A model generated the notes under the pieces. That model saw only the letters and a list, made by a program, of their open reading frames with translations, did not search any database and was not told the origin of the DNA. Position numbers and translations under genes: made by a program. Positions 10,514 through 20,799 of a stretch of 64,000 nucleotides of DNA are shown in pieces. The DNA comes from a virus (taxonomy: Duplodnaviria; Caudoviricetes): the IMG/VR virus record IMGVR_UViG_3300023174_005626, positions 45,483 to 109,482 of that record; one strand, written 5' to 3'. Positions within the stretch are counted from its first letter, which is position 1. Each line of letters opens with the position of its first letter.

Positions 10514-10603
10514 AATATATTTTTTAGAGTGGTCTATTAGCTTTCACAATATGTGAAATTTACCTTCCTCTATAAATATAAAAAATCTTGTGAATTAATC
10601 AAA

Positions 10604-10981
10604 TTAACAACAAGCAGTTTCAGAAATAAAACTATCTTGAATATTAACATAAAGTTCTTCTCTGATTGGTAAAATTAAATTTCCCTCGTCATTCTTAATT
10701 AAAAATTGACCTTGGTATCTACCAACAGTATCCGTATCGTATTTTGTAAATTTAAAATAGATATAATATTCTGTGGATGCGCCTTCAGGTAAAATTAAAC
10801 TAACAATTTCACATGGAGCAGAAACTATCTTAGGTATACCTGTTTCTACGTTAATCATAGAAAAATAAATTGAGGACACTTCAAGTGCCTGCATCAACTC
10901 AAGATACCCAGCTCTACCGTCTTTAACAACCTGCATTTTTAAAACAGGTAACGTTGCATTCTTTTTGATAAAAAATTCCAT
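10604..10981 (-). CDS. BppU-N/Ig-like structural protein
   Basis: Likely start ATG 10981 (MEFFIKKNATLPVLKMQV...DTDTVGRYQGQF); TATTTAT 4 nt upstream. Confidence 0.55.
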   Translation of the reverse strand: MEFFIKKNATLPVLKMQVVKDGRAGYLELMQALEVSSIYFSMINVETGIPKIVSAPCEIVSLILPEGASTEYYIYFKFTKYDTDTVGRYQGQFLIKNDEGNLILPIREELYVNIQDSFISETACC

Positions 10982-10997
10982 AACAATAAATATATTG

Positions 10998-12674
10998 TTA
11001 TGACTCTTTACGAAGGTCTCCGCTATAATGTTCAAATCTATTATGCTCAGTTGGTGTTGCCAACAATAAACCAGGATAAAGTTCATCCTTTTTTATTAGC
11101 TGATACATATGACTCATCCAAGTTTGTTCAAACGGATGTGCCCATGTTACGTCTAAGAACATTTTTTTATTTCCTGGTCTGCTAACAAGTTGAGGCCAGT
11201 TACAATAATAAACATCACCCATAGTATATGGTAATCCTTTATGACTTAAAACATGAGTATATACTGATTTTGGTGCATTTGGGTCTAATCCTTGGACAGG
11301 TAATCTATTTTTACCAGGCCAAAATTGTTCTCTAATGTGTTGAGGTACATTATACCAAGCCCATTGAGTTCCATTATCCCCATAAAATTCTGAATAATTA
11401 AGTTTTAAGAAATCAAAATTTTCTTTCTTCATAACTTCTAACGACTTAGTATAAAGATTTGGAATATATCTATTAAACCCATTTCTGCAAACAGCTCCTT
11501 CATTTGGAAAAAAGAACATGTCATCTTCAAAAAATAAGTAATAATCTAATTCAGTTGCGTCAAAATGTTCTGCAATAAACTGTCTTCCTCCACATATCCC
11601 TAAATTATCTTTCTTTATATGTGTAAAATTATGTTGATTACAAAGTGAGGCATATTCATCAAAAGTTGATTCGTCAGAAGAGTTATCTAATAAAAACTTT
11701 TCAGTCTTAAGTAAGTAATCTTTGTCGTATTCAGTCATTGATTTAATCAACGTTCTGAATTGATTTGGACTATTAAAAGTAATAACATACAATCCAACTT
11801 TAGATGTGTCTAAATTATTAACAGATTCAACTACTTTAGCCTCGTTCTTTAGTTTTAAATTATCGTTTTTTAAGTCCTCAAAGAATTTTCCAACTAATCC
11901 ATTACCCTCAATTTCAAAATAATTTATTAAATCAGAATGTTTATAACACATAATACTGAAAATAGATTCTTCAGTACCCATATAACCTTCTTCTAATGTT
12001 GTTTTTAATAATGAATAATAAATTCCATTAATATCACCAATAGAGTCTTTAGGTCCACCAAAAAACCCACCTCTAGCAACTTTAGTTACTTTATCTCCAG
12101 CAATTGAATTTAACTTATTATATTCAAAACCATGAATTTCGGTTTCAGCCGCATAAGGAAAACAAATAAATGAAAACTTAGAAATGTATTTTGGTAACTT
12201 ATCTAAAACTTTATCGTGTGTAAAATAACCAGGATGAACAGTATTTGTTAATCCACCATCAATCCAAAAAAGATATTCTGAATTAAATTGGTCCATAATC
12301 TTAGCGTCATTTAATAAAAACACTTTAGACATAACCAATGGATTATAGTTTTCTAATCTTGCTTGTGTTGAATCTTTTAACCAACCAGATAAATTAGACC
12401 AACTTTCGTTGTTTCTAATCTTCTGAATCATGTCAAAAAATTCGTTTTCTCTGAACCAACTCAAAGGTCTCGTAATAAACTGAGTATTATCTTTTGACCT
12501 TCTTTCAAAAACAAAATCTTTAAGTTCTTCATCACCAAAAATAATCATATTGGCATCAACACCTAATAATGAACTAAATTTGTCCAAATAATGTTGATAA
12601 GTTCTTGACCATCCTTCAGTTAGTTCATCTCTACCAATGTTCCATATCCCTGTTACTAATGTTATCTTACTCAT
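10998..12674 (-). CDS. Two-domain glycosyltransferase: HtrL/YibB-like domain plus GT-A domain
   Basis: ITLVTGIWNIGR, YLFWIDGG, GGFFGG, GTEESIF (HtrL-like); second domain with NLGICGGRQ and FFEDD. Confidence 0.7.
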   Translation of the reverse strand: MSKITLVTGIWNIGRDELTEGWSRTYQHYLDKFSSLLGVDANMIIFGDEELKDFVFERRSKDNTQFITRPLSWFRENEFFDMIQKIRNNESWSNLSGWLKDSTQARLENYNPLVMSKVFLLNDAKIMDQFNSEYLFWIDGGLTNTVHPGYFTHDKVLDKLPKYISKFSFICFPYAAETEIHGFEYNKLNSIAGDKVTKVARGGFFGGPKDSIGDINGIYYSLLKTTLEEGYMGTEESIFSIMCYKHSDLINYFEIEGNGLVGKFFEDLKNDNLKLKNEAKVVESVNNLDTSKVGLYVITFNSPNQFRTLIKSMTEYDKDYLLKTEKFLLDNSSDESTFDEYASLCNQHNFTHIKKDNLGICGGRQFIAEHFDATELDYYLFFEDDMFFFPNEGAVCRNGFNRYIPNLYTKSLEVMKKENFDFLKLNYSEFYGDNGTQWAWYNVPQHIREQFWPGKNRLPVQGLDPNAPKSVYTHVLSHKGLPYTMGDVYYCNWPQLVSRPGNKKMFLDVTWAHPFEQTWMSHMYQLIKKDELYPGLLLATPTEHNRFEHYSGDLRKES

Positions 12675-13551
12675 AAATTCTATTAAATTCTTCTAATATT
12701 TTAAAAAAGCTTTTATTTTTTTGGAACAACTCATCTGATGTTCCTTGAGGTGCATTATCTCTACACCACCATATATCAAAATGTTTTCTATAAAATAAAT
12801 CTTGGTGGTTAAAATACATCAAAGTCATAATTTGTTCCTCATGAGGTAACCCATTATCATTACCCAAAACACTTTGGGCATAATTTTCAAAAGTTGTTAC
12901 TACGTTATCCCATTTATCTCTATGACCTCCAAACATTCCACCTATGATATGAATACTTCTATCATAGTTAACATACCATTTCGGGTCTACAGTTCCTGAC
13001 CAATAATTTCTATCATTTTCTTTACCAAATAACAAAAATTTATCTCCAGTGTCTTCAATAACATTTTTTAAGAAATTATTATTAAAAAGATTACTTTCGT
13101 AAAACCTTTTCATTGAATGGTGTTGTTCGTCAAGATATTTTAAAGGAATAAGTCCACAATGGGATAATCCCGCATCAACCCAATAATAGTTGTCATAAGA
13201 TTTATCTTCATTCCACCACCAACTAAATTTAGAATATTGAATTTCAATACATCTATCTCCTCTTTTAATGTCCTCAACATTCTTTCTTGAATTGATTAAA
13301 TCTTTAAATTTACAATTCTCAAGGTCAAAAACTTGGAATTTTAATTGATTCTCAGATATATTATTTTGGGAATAAAAAAATTCTTTTAAGGATTCAATTT
13401 CTCTGTCTGATGTATAACAAAGAAAATCCGCATCAGTCATTTTAAGTAATGAAAGAAGACTATATCTATAATGTGAACCTCTGTTAGGTCTTCCACCTAA
13501 TTCGGTTCCATTTAAATCACTATAAATTGCGGTAATTATTTTAGTTGACAT
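12667..13551 (-). CDS. HtrL/YibB-like glycosyltransferase
   Basis: YYWVDAGL, IIGGMFGG, HEEQIMT; resembles the N-terminal domain of the neighbouring gene. Confidence 0.65.
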   Translation of the reverse strand: MSTKIITAIYSDLNGTELGGRPNRGSHYRYSLLSLLKMTDADFLCYTSDREIESLKEFFYSQNNISENQLKFQVFDLENCKFKDLINSRKNVEDIKRGDRCIEIQYSKFSWWWNEDKSYDNYYWVDAGLSHCGLIPLKYLDEQHHSMKRFYESNLFNNNFLKNVIEDTGDKFLLFGKENDRNYWSGTVDPKWYVNYDRSIHIIGGMFGGHRDKWDNVVTTFENYAQSVLGNDNGLPHEEQIMTLMYFNHQDLFYRKHFDIWWCRDNAPQGTSDELFQKNKSFFKILEEFNRIYE

Positions 13552-14284
13552 TATATGGTAAGTGTTGTTTTTGAATTTTTATTTTTTTGTTTTCACTTTC
13601 ATTTAAATATTGTCCAGGAATTTTAATTGGAGAATACTGATTCCAATTATATGTTTGAGTATAGAAATTATTGTACATACCATGAGACACGTCAGAATAA
13701 GAATTTTTTTGTGGAGCAATTGGTAATACAGGTGCAAAACATTGTACAACAGGGTAAACATGTTTAACCAATTGTTCATCAATAGGAAGAACATAATCTC
13801 CACTTTGGAAAGCATATTCTTTAATATTTTCTACAAGTTGGAATGATGACACATCATAGATAAGAATATTTGTTGCAAATGTTTCAGTTAATCTATCATG
13901 TGGTTTTGGTGGTAAATTAGTTAAGTCTAACAACATGTTATACTTTTCACTAATATTCATTGGTCTGTTTAAAGTTGGTGCCAAATTCATAACACCAAAC
14001 TCAATACCATCAATTTGTTTTTCCAAATCTTCAATAAATGATTTTGAATATGGCATCACATCACAATCATCTTCTATAACCATTACACGTTTATACCCTC
14101 TTTCTTTAGCAATATTTATAATTCCTAAATGAGAAAGGGTACAACCCATATAACTATTCCTATTAACAGCACTGAATACCTCGTAATCCCAACCAATATA
14201 ATCCAATTCAAATTTAATATCCTCTAATCTATCTGGTCTTGTTTCTAAGTTGACTACAAACTTTGGTAATTCATTAAATTTCAT
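13541..14284 (-). CDS. GT25-family glycosyltransferase
   Basis: FVVNLETRPDRLE, GCTLSH, VIEDD, PID motifs. Confidence 0.8.
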   Translation of the reverse strand: MKFNELPKFVVNLETRPDRLEDIKFELDYIGWDYEVFSAVNRNSYMGCTLSHLGIINIAKERGYKRVMVIEDDCDVMPYSKSFIEDLEKQIDGIEFGVMNLAPTLNRPMNISEKYNMLLDLTNLPPKPHDRLTETFATNILIYDVSSFQLVENIKEYAFQSGDYVLPIDEQLVKHVYPVVQCFAPVLPIAPQKNSYSDVSHGMYNNFYTQTYNWNQYSPIKIPGQYLNESENKKIKIQKQHLPYNVN

Positions 14285-15552
14285 TAACTAACAACATTAT
14301 GATTTAGTTGACCTGTTAATCTATCACACCAACCTTTTGATTCTGAGTGTGGCCAAACAACCCAGTATGATGGTAATTCTGTTGTTTGGAACTCTCTCCA
14401 AACTTTACAATAACCATCAGGGTCTCTCATGAAACCAGCAATTTCGTTTTTATCTGCATCCTTTCTAAATAAAGTCTCATCTTTTGCATTATGGAATGCC
14501 ACAACCCAAAAGTCATAATCTTTTTCGGGAACACTTGAATAACCAACATCAATACAATGTTTGTATATTGTTGCAAAACTATCCATCCATTCTTCTTCTG
14601 TTTCAAAGTTATATGGACTTGGTGGATATTGTTTGTCTAAACAATGTTTGTCAATTGCTCTTCTTTCAAACAATAAGCCAGAATATTTTTCATAATCTCT
14701 TAAAGTTCTAACAGTGCCAAATCCAAATGGTCCATCATGACCTTCTTGAACTTCACCATCCATACCAAATAATTTTCTATTAGTTAAATGAGAAACTCTA
14801 TTTTTTTCTCCCCAAGTCTTATCATCATCCCATTGTTTTGTTCTACCCTTACGAGTGTACTCATGGTAAACTACAGGAACATGTGGGTGGAATAAATCAT
14901 AACCCCATGTATAAGCTCTTGCCGCAATTGAAATCTCTTCTCCGTGGAAATAGTATTCAGGGTTGTGTTGAACTTCTACTGAAAACTCACCTAATGTAAA
15001 ACAGAAGTGAGCAGAATAAAATCTTGCTGTTACAGGTTTTGTCATTTCTCTCCAACCTGGAATTGTTTCAGGTAAGAAGAATACAGCACCTTCAGGAATA
15101 AATCTATCAAATGCCATTCTCCAAGCATCTTGTGCTCTACCTGCAGGGTCATTGTCAGGGTCAAAAGATGGGACATAACCCGTAAGTAGAGGTTTCTTGT
15201 ACCCATCCTTTTGTAACCCCTTTATCATTTTGATAAGAACATCATCCCAATCTTTAATGAATCTCATGTGAGAATCAATTTGAAGGGTATATGTTTCACC
15301 ATCATAAAGTTGTTGTGTTAGGTTTCTGGCCCAACAAACTCCTTTGGCGTCTTGATATGGGATATCTAAGATTTTAAATCTTTTATCGGTTCTGAATTCA
15401 TCTAAGTTATCAAAACCATCTGTTTCGCTAAATTGTCTTGCGATTGCAAAAACCAAATTTTTAGGTTTCTTAGCGTTGGCAATCATATCTTTTAACGTTG
15501 GGATTAATTGTGGGTCCCTGTAGGATGCGATTTGAATAAAAATTTTGCTCAT
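14284..15552 (-). CDS. GT60-family polypeptide/Skp1 alpha-GlcNAc-transferase homologue
   Basis: IFIQIASYRD, KGVCWAR, LQIDSHMRF (DSH motif), FHGEE, GYDLFHP...VYHEY are GT60 hallmarks. Confidence 0.88.
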   Translation of the reverse strand: MSKIFIQIASYRDPQLIPTLKDMIANAKKPKNLVFAIARQFSETDGFDNLDEFRTDKRFKILDIPYQDAKGVCWARNLTQQLYDGETYTLQIDSHMRFIKDWDDVLIKMIKGLQKDGYKKPLLTGYVPSFDPDNDPAGRAQDAWRMAFDRFIPEGAVFFLPETIPGWREMTKPVTARFYSAHFCFTLGEFSVEVQHNPEYYFHGEEISIAARAYTWGYDLFHPHVPVVYHEYTRKGRTKQWDDDKTWGEKNRVSHLTNRKLFGMDGEVQEGHDGPFGFGTVRTLRDYEKYSGLLFERRAIDKHCLDKQYPPSPYNFETEEEWMDSFATIYKHCIDVGYSSVPEKDYDFWVVAFHNAKDETLFRKDADKNEIAGFMRDPDGYCKVWREFQTTELPSYWVVWPHSESKGWCDRLTGQLNHNVVS

Positions 15553-15575
15553 TTATAGTATTTTGTCTTAAAAAT

Positions 15576-15604
15576 AAAAAACCCTCCACAAAAGTAGAGG
15601 GTTT
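15576..15604 (-). terminator. Intrinsic terminator
   Basis: Stem aaaccctc/gagggttt followed by a U-run on the minus strand, just after the 15628..16704 gene. Confidence 0.75.
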
Positions 15605-15627
15605 CTGAATATAATAAATTATTATTT

Positions 15628-16704
15628 TTAACAACCTGATGGGTCGACAGCCGTAATCTGTCCAGAACCACCTGTAACTTCAAACACCGCAGTTCCATTT
15701 GAGTAGAAACCATTCATAACTGGGGTAGTTAAACTTGAGTTGTAGTATAAGAATTCTGCAATGTTTGGACCAATTCCTCCTGCAACAGTTCCGTAGATTG
15801 TATTAGGAGCCCCACTGAAATCAATACAAGCTAAGTTTGCTGTACTACCTGTACCTAAAATATAGGTGTAATAACCAAATGTTGGTGTAGGAGATGGTGT
15901 GTTAGTTGGTGTCTTAGTCATTGTTGGTGTCATTGTTGGAGTTGGAGTTAACGTTACACATATTGTAACTGAACCTACAACATTTCCATTAGTATCTAAT
16001 TGTGAAACATATCCACCATTTTGAATAAATCCTGTCATATTAATTGTCGCATCTCCTGTTGAAATATTAGAGAATTGAGTACTTAAATCAAATTGTGAAT
16101 TATTTCCGTAAACAGTTACTGTTGGGTTATATCGTCCACAAGCTTCGTCATGAGTTGTTCCTGAGTAAACAGTAAATGCAACTTTAGAACGTGTTGGTGT
16201 TGGTGTTTGTGTTGGTGTGCACGTTGGTGTCACAGCAGCAGTTCCTGTTGGAGTGTTAGTTGGTGTTTGTGTTGTTGTGCACGTTGGTGTCACAGCAGCA
16301 GTTCCTGTTGGAGTGTTAGTTGGTGTTTTTGTGTTAGTTGGTGTCGGTGTCACAGCAGCAGTTCCTGTTGGAGTGTTAGTTGGTGTTCCTGTGTTAGTTG
16401 GTGTTTGAGTTTGAGTTGGTGTTTGAGTTTGAGTTACGCTTGGTGTTGGTGTATTTGTTGGTGTTAGTGTCGGTGTTGGAGTCGGAGTTGCAGTAGCATT
16501 TAATGGAGGGAAAGGTCCTTGATTAACTAAAAGTATCACATTTGAAAATGCAGTACTGTATGAGTTATTTATCAACCAAATGTTTTTAGTTTCACTTGGG
16601 TCCAAAGGAACTTGGTATTCCCACATATTGTCATCACATCTTCTATAACTAAAATTTGCTATTGAAGTTCCTGTGTTCGTTAAAGTATATTTGCTACATG
16701 CCAT
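15628..16704 (-). CDS. Mucin-like Thr/Pro-repeat protein with Cys-bracketed domains (putative virion surface protein)
   Basis: Long TPTPT/TPTNT tracts separating small Cys-containing domains; no signal peptide; TATTTAT upstream. Confidence 0.75.
   Translation of the reverse strand: MACSKYTLTNTGTSIANFSYRRCDDNMWEYQVPLDPSETKNIWLINNSYSTAFSNVILLVNQGPFPPLNATATPTPTPTLTPTNTPTPSVTQTQTPTQTQTPTNTGTPTNTPTGTAAVTPTPTNTKTPTNTPTGTAAVTPTCTTTQTPTNTPTGTAAVTPTCTPTQTPTPTRSKVAFTVYSGTTHDEACGRYNPTVTVYGNNSQFDLSTQFSNISTGDATINMTGFIQNGGYVSQLDTNGNVVGSVTICVTLTPTPTMTPTMTKTPTNTPSPTPTFGYYTYILGTGSTANLACIDFSGAPNTIYGTVAGGIGPNIAEFLYYNSSLTTPVMNGFYSNGTAVFEVTGGSGQITAVDPSGC
16201..16386. repeat. 60-bp tandem repeat x3 (coding [15 protein letters not shown])
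   Basis: ggtgtcacagcagcagttcctgttggagtgttagttggtgt recurs at 60-nt period. Confidence 0.9.
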
Positions 16705-16785
16705 CTTATTTCTTATTTATCTAATAAATACTAAGATTTTGGCTAATTTATTCAAGAAGAATAAAAAAATATTTTTTGTTAAAAG

Positions 16786-18150
16786 TTAAATATCTTCAAT
16801 TAGAATATATGATGTTTCAGTATTCAATAATGGTTGACCTGGATTTGCCATAAAAATACTAAAATAACCTGATGAATCTAAATTACCTGTAAATATAATA
16901 CCTCCATTAACATAGGTTGTAACTTTACAAGTTCCGTCTGATTGAATCAAACAATAAACTGAAGGACTTTGTGTTGAGTGGTTTCCATAATATGTTTGTC
17001 CTGAACTTACAGGTGTTGAACCCACTTCGTCAGTTAAAGTAAATGGAACCCCTCCATTAGAAGAAAAACTGTCAAGAGATGAACCTTTAGTTGACCTATT
17101 TACTACAATCGTATTTCTTGATATTGTTGGTGTTGGTGTTTTGGTCGGTGTTTCAGTTGGAGTTTCAGTCATCGTTGGTGTTAAACCAATTGTAACTGAT
17201 GGCGTTGGAGTTTGTGTTGGGGTTGATGTATTTGTTGGTGTTTGAGTATTTGTTGGAGTTTGACTTGGTGTTGGTGTTTGTGTAACACATAACGAACCAA
17301 ATCCAACAACCTCACCTTGTGAATCCAACTCAACAACATAATTATTAATATAGTCTTGAATAAACCCTGTCATATCAATTGTTGATGGTCCATTAAGTAC
17401 ATTCCAAAATTCTGATGATAAATCAAATTCAGGATTGTTTCCATATACAGTTACAGTATTAGTTTGCCAACAAGCATCGTCATTTGTTAATCCTGAATAA
17501 ACCAAGAAATAATATCTTGTGTTTGTTGGAGTTGGAGTTTGCGTTGGAGTTTCGGTTGGAGTTTGCGTTGGTGTTTCTGAAGATGTCTGAGTTGGAGTTT
17601 GCGTTGGTGTTTCAGTTGGTGTTGATGTTAAAGTTTCAGTCGGTGTAGGAGTTACTGTGTTTGTTGGTGTTTCAGTTGGTGTTGATGTTAAAGTTTCGGT
17701 TGGAGTTGGCGTTTGTGTTGAAGTTTTAGTTGGAGTTGGTGTAGGTGTTTCTGTTGAGGTAGGTGTTACAGTATTAGTTGGAGTTGGTGTTATGGTTGGA
17801 GTAACAGTTTGACTTGCGGTTTGAGTTGGTGTAATACCCGAAGTAACTGACGGTGTTGGTGTTGAGGTAATCGTTGGCGTTACAGTAGATGTAGGTGTTT
17901 CTGATGGTGTTTTTGTTTGTGTTATAGTTGGTGTTGGTGTTGGTGATGGACACGGAACTTCAACAACATAAGAATAAGCATATGTTGAAACATAACAATC
18001 ATAAGTTCCATACCAATAATCAGTCACATACGTAAACGGAAAAACTTGGTCACCCAAACTAATTGTTCCACCTGTACAAGGAAAGAAAGTAACGTTGGCC
18101 GTTTGACCACTTAAGTTATCACTAAAAATTGAAACTCCACAATATGACAT
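16786..18150 (-). CDS. Mucin-like Thr/Pro-repeat protein
   Basis: About 200 aa of TPTETPT-type repeats; shares the VYSG.T.D.AC...[12 protein letters not shown] domain with the neighbouring gene. Confidence 0.75.
   Translation of the reverse strand: MSYCGVSIFSDNLSGQTANVTFFPCTGGTISLGDQVFPFTYVTDYWYGTYDCYVSTYAYSYVVEVPCPSPTPTPTITQTKTPSETPTSTVTPTITSTPTPSVTSGITPTQTASQTVTPTITPTPTNTVTPTSTETPTPTPTKTSTQTPTPTETLTSTPTETPTNTVTPTPTETLTSTPTETPTQTPTQTSSETPTQTPTETPTQTPTPTNTRYYFLVYSGLTNDDACWQTNTVTVYGNNPEFDLSSEFWNVLNGPSTIDMTGFIQDYINNYVVELDSQGEVVGFGSLCVTQTPTPSQTPTNTQTPTNTSTPTQTPTPSVTIGLTPTMTETPTETPTKTPTPTISRNTIVVNRSTKGSSLDSFSSNGGVPFTLTDEVGSTPVSSGQTYYGNHSTQSPSVYCLIQSDGTCKVTTYVNGGIIFTGNLDSSGYFSIFMANPGQPLLNTETSYILIEDI
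17603..17697. repeat. 60-bp-period direct repeat within the mucin-like gene
   Basis: gttggtgtttcagttggtgttgatgttaaagtttc at about 17603 and 17663. Confidence 0.8.
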
Positions 18151-18180
18151 AATATATAAATACTTTAAAAAAATATTTTA

Positions 18181-18729
18181 TTAAAAACAAATACCGATAT
18201 CTAAAACTTGTCCGTTGGCAATATTAAATTGTGCCCATCTTGCACCATCAGAAACTATGTTACCAACGAAGACAGGTGGAATTGTACAAGAAGGATTTCC
18301 ATATACATAATCACCAATTTGTAGAGCTTCAAATGGAATTGCACTATAAATTGCAACATTTGTTGGACCATATCCCGCATCACCACAAGCATCCTCAAAA
18401 TATCCAGCACCCCACAAATTATATACAGGAATAAACGTTTGAGTAATACTTGGTGTTGGAGTATGAGTTGGCGTTTGAGTAATACTTGGTGTTCGTGTTG
18501 GTGTTATTGTTGGAGTTGGAGTTATGAAAGAACATATTCCTATGAATACAACAGTCAAGGGGGCTCCACAATCTTGAGCATATAAATCAGACGCACATAC
18601 ATAATGAGAATCTAATGGGTCAATTGGTGTAACACTAACAATACCAGTACAACCTGTCCAAGCATAATATCCTTGTTGAACGGTGTTATAGTTTGTTATC
18701 TTAAAGTAGTTACAGTCTGTTGTATACAT
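18181..18729 (-). CDS. Short mucin-like Cys-rich protein
   Basis: Two Cys-rich domains linked by TPTPTITPTRTPSITQTPTHTPTPS. Confidence 0.7.
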   Translation of the reverse strand: MYTTDCNYFKITNYNTVQQGYYAWTGCTGIVSVTPIDPLDSHYVCASDLYAQDCGAPLTVVFIGICSFITPTPTITPTRTPSITQTPTHTPTPSITQTFIPVYNLWGAGYFEDACGDAGYGPTNVAIYSAIPFEALQIGDYVYGNPSCTIPPVFVGNIVSDGARWAQFNIANGQVLDIGICF

Positions 18730-18740
18730 TTATATTAAAT

Positions 18741-20747
18741 TTAACTTGGGGTTATTGTAGGTGTTATTGTTGGTGTCGGTGTTAGACAGTTATACATTTC
18801 ATATCCCAAATCATTACAAGGTAGTGATAGGTATGTTAAATCAGGACAAAGTAATATTGTTGGTACTAGGTCATTACTAGGTATCACAATTCTACAGTTA
18901 GGACAATCAGGGTCTAATAATCCGTATCTATTCTTCAGAATTCTGAAGTTATGTTTAATCTGAGAAGCGTTGAGTGGTTCAAGATACATTCTAAATGCAC
19001 TTACATCCCCAATTAAACTACCACCAAAAATCTCTTCAAGTTTTATATGTGTTGTTAATCCTGAATAAATTGTGTTATCTAAATCATTTGTCGTCAAACA
19101 TTCAGGGTCTTGTTGGTATACAATATCATCAACGGTTTCAGGGCAACCTCCCGAAAAAGTTAGGTTGTCATGTAAACCTTGTGTACCACCACCAACTGAA
19201 ATGTTATAACCTACACCAATTTGTCTTTCTTTTGGTGTGTTTAATAACCTTGGTATAATCTCTTCAAAATCTTCTGCAACCATGAATAGTCTACCGTTAA
19301 CGTAAAACTTCAATGTACCCAATCTGTATTTTTCTTCTTCGGTCCACATGTCATTGAACTTAACAACTTCTGTTGTTGCTGGGTCGTAAGGCTGTTCGTG
19401 AGTCAATGGAGGTTCAATAAGACTCACACTATTATTCGCTGGTGTTGCCGTGAAAATTGTGTTAACAATTAATCCTAATCCACCTTTTTCATATAGGTCA
19501 CAAGTATCTAACCATTGGTTTCTTTGGAATACCGCGTCAATCTGAACCCAATGTTCAACGTTTGGATATGTTGTTTGAATACAATCATGGAAAATACCTC
19601 TTGTTGAACACCACTCACTTATTGTGACTCCCGTTTGATAAGTAAGACCTGTAAGACAAGTTCCCGAATGTTCACAGTGACCAGTGATTCTATAGGTTTT
19701 GACACATAATCTTGGGTTTCCTGTGTCACCACTTAATCTCAATGAAAGGGCATTTGACACACCATCATATAATGGGTCAGTTTCAGGATACTTTACGGTT
19801 ACGGTACAATTACAAGGACATCCGCAATTGCAATTTGTTGATGTTCCTCCTGATTGTTGGTAAACATGTATACAACTATGTTCCGCGGTTTTACCTGTTT
19901 GTTCACATTCACAAGTGTGCATACAAGTCAAACCTGAAGTTACTCTTGTATATCCTGTATCTTGTTTTGGACTTCCGTCAGGATAGTGGTAGAATTTATT
20001 CTCAGCTCTTGCTCCCATATAAAAGAAGGTACCTTTATTATTCGGATATCTTTTATTTAATCCTGTGTCAGTATTTCCTGTCCATCTATATTTCAACATG
20101 AATTCTGCAGTCCAACCTAATGAAACTCTTTGAGGAAAAACTTGATAATCATATCCTGGTATTTTATAAAACCCTTGGAAGAATCCTCCATCAAGTCTAG
20201 CGAAATAACCAACAGAATCTCCATTTGTTTCATAATTTAAATCATATGTATACGAATCATCATTCCATAATCTATTACTTGAGGTTGTGAATCCTGTGAT
20301 AGGATGCATTTTCATTCTCCTATCGTATTTGTATCTATTGTAAGTGTCTGCTGAGGTTGTATATAACCCTGTTGTAATTTCAATGGTTTCACCAGACATT
20401 TTTTTAGTCAATCCGTTATCAATACCTGTCAAACCAACATCACACAATTCAGTTACAACAGGACAAAAATTAGGGTCAACATAGTCTGGATTCCAATAAT
20501 TTTCAGAAACAATAACATCATTATCAAAACTACAAGAATTGGTTTGACAAATTGTTGTTGCAGAATTATTGAAGTCAAATTTGAATGGCATTCTATTCCC
20601 ATCATCTTCACCAATTAAAAGTGGTGAGAATACAACCTCTTGGTCATAATCTTTTTCGTCTGATGCAAGGCAAATGTCCGTTATTTCATTGAACGGAATT
20701 AGTCCCCATCTCCTAAAATTATATTGATTAATGTTTTGGTATGCCAT
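18741..20747 (-). CDS. Cys-rich putative structural protein (LamG/ConA-like segments) with TPTP tail
   Basis: WTAEFMLK, LKFYVNGRL and GDVSAFRMYLEPLNASQI resemble LamG strands; many Cys; 11 [ST]GxT motifs. Confidence 0.6.
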   Translation of the reverse strand: MAYQNINQYNFRRWGLIPFNEITDICLASDEKDYDQEVVFSPLLIGEDDGNRMPFKFDFNNSATTICQTNSCSFDNDVIVSENYWNPDYVDPNFCPVVTELCDVGLTGIDNGLTKKMSGETIEITTGLYTTSADTYNRYKYDRRMKMHPITGFTTSSNRLWNDDSYTYDLNYETNGDSVGYFARLDGGFFQGFYKIPGYDYQVFPQRVSLGWTAEFMLKYRWTGNTDTGLNKRYPNNKGTFFYMGARAENKFYHYPDGSPKQDTGYTRVTSGLTCMHTCECEQTGKTAEHSCIHVYQQSGGTSTNCNCGCPCNCTVTVKYPETDPLYDGVSNALSLRLSGDTGNPRLCVKTYRITGHCEHSGTCLTGLTYQTGVTISEWCSTRGIFHDCIQTTYPNVEHWVQIDAVFQRNQWLDTCDLYEKGGLGLIVNTIFTATPANNSVSLIEPPLTHEQPYDPATTEVVKFNDMWTEEEKYRLGTLKFYVNGRLFMVAEDFEEIIPRLLNTPKERQIGVGYNISVGGGTQGLHDNLTFSGGCPETVDDIVYQQDPECLTTNDLDNTIYSGLTTHIKLEEIFGGSLIGDVSAFRMYLEPLNASQIKHNFRILKNRYGLLDPDCPNCRIVIPSNDLVPTILLCPDLTYLSLPCNDLGYEMYNCLTPTPTITPTITPS

Positions 20748-20756
20748 AAACTAATG

Positions 20757-20783
20757 ATAAATACCTTGTATCAGAGTATTTAT
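20757..20783. promoter_or_regulatory. Back-to-back pair of TATTTAT elements (representative of about 20 copies; putative late promoter)
   Basis: ataaata at 20757-20763 (for the minus gene starting at 20747) and tatttat at 20777-20783 (for the plus gene starting at 20800). Confidence 0.65.
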
Positions 20784-20799
20784 AGATTAAAAAGAAGAG

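Noticed and set aside
16201-17700. Regular 60-bp repeats resembling a CRISPR array
   Set aside because: In-frame coding repeats of Thr/Pro tracts with no unique spacers; no cas genes
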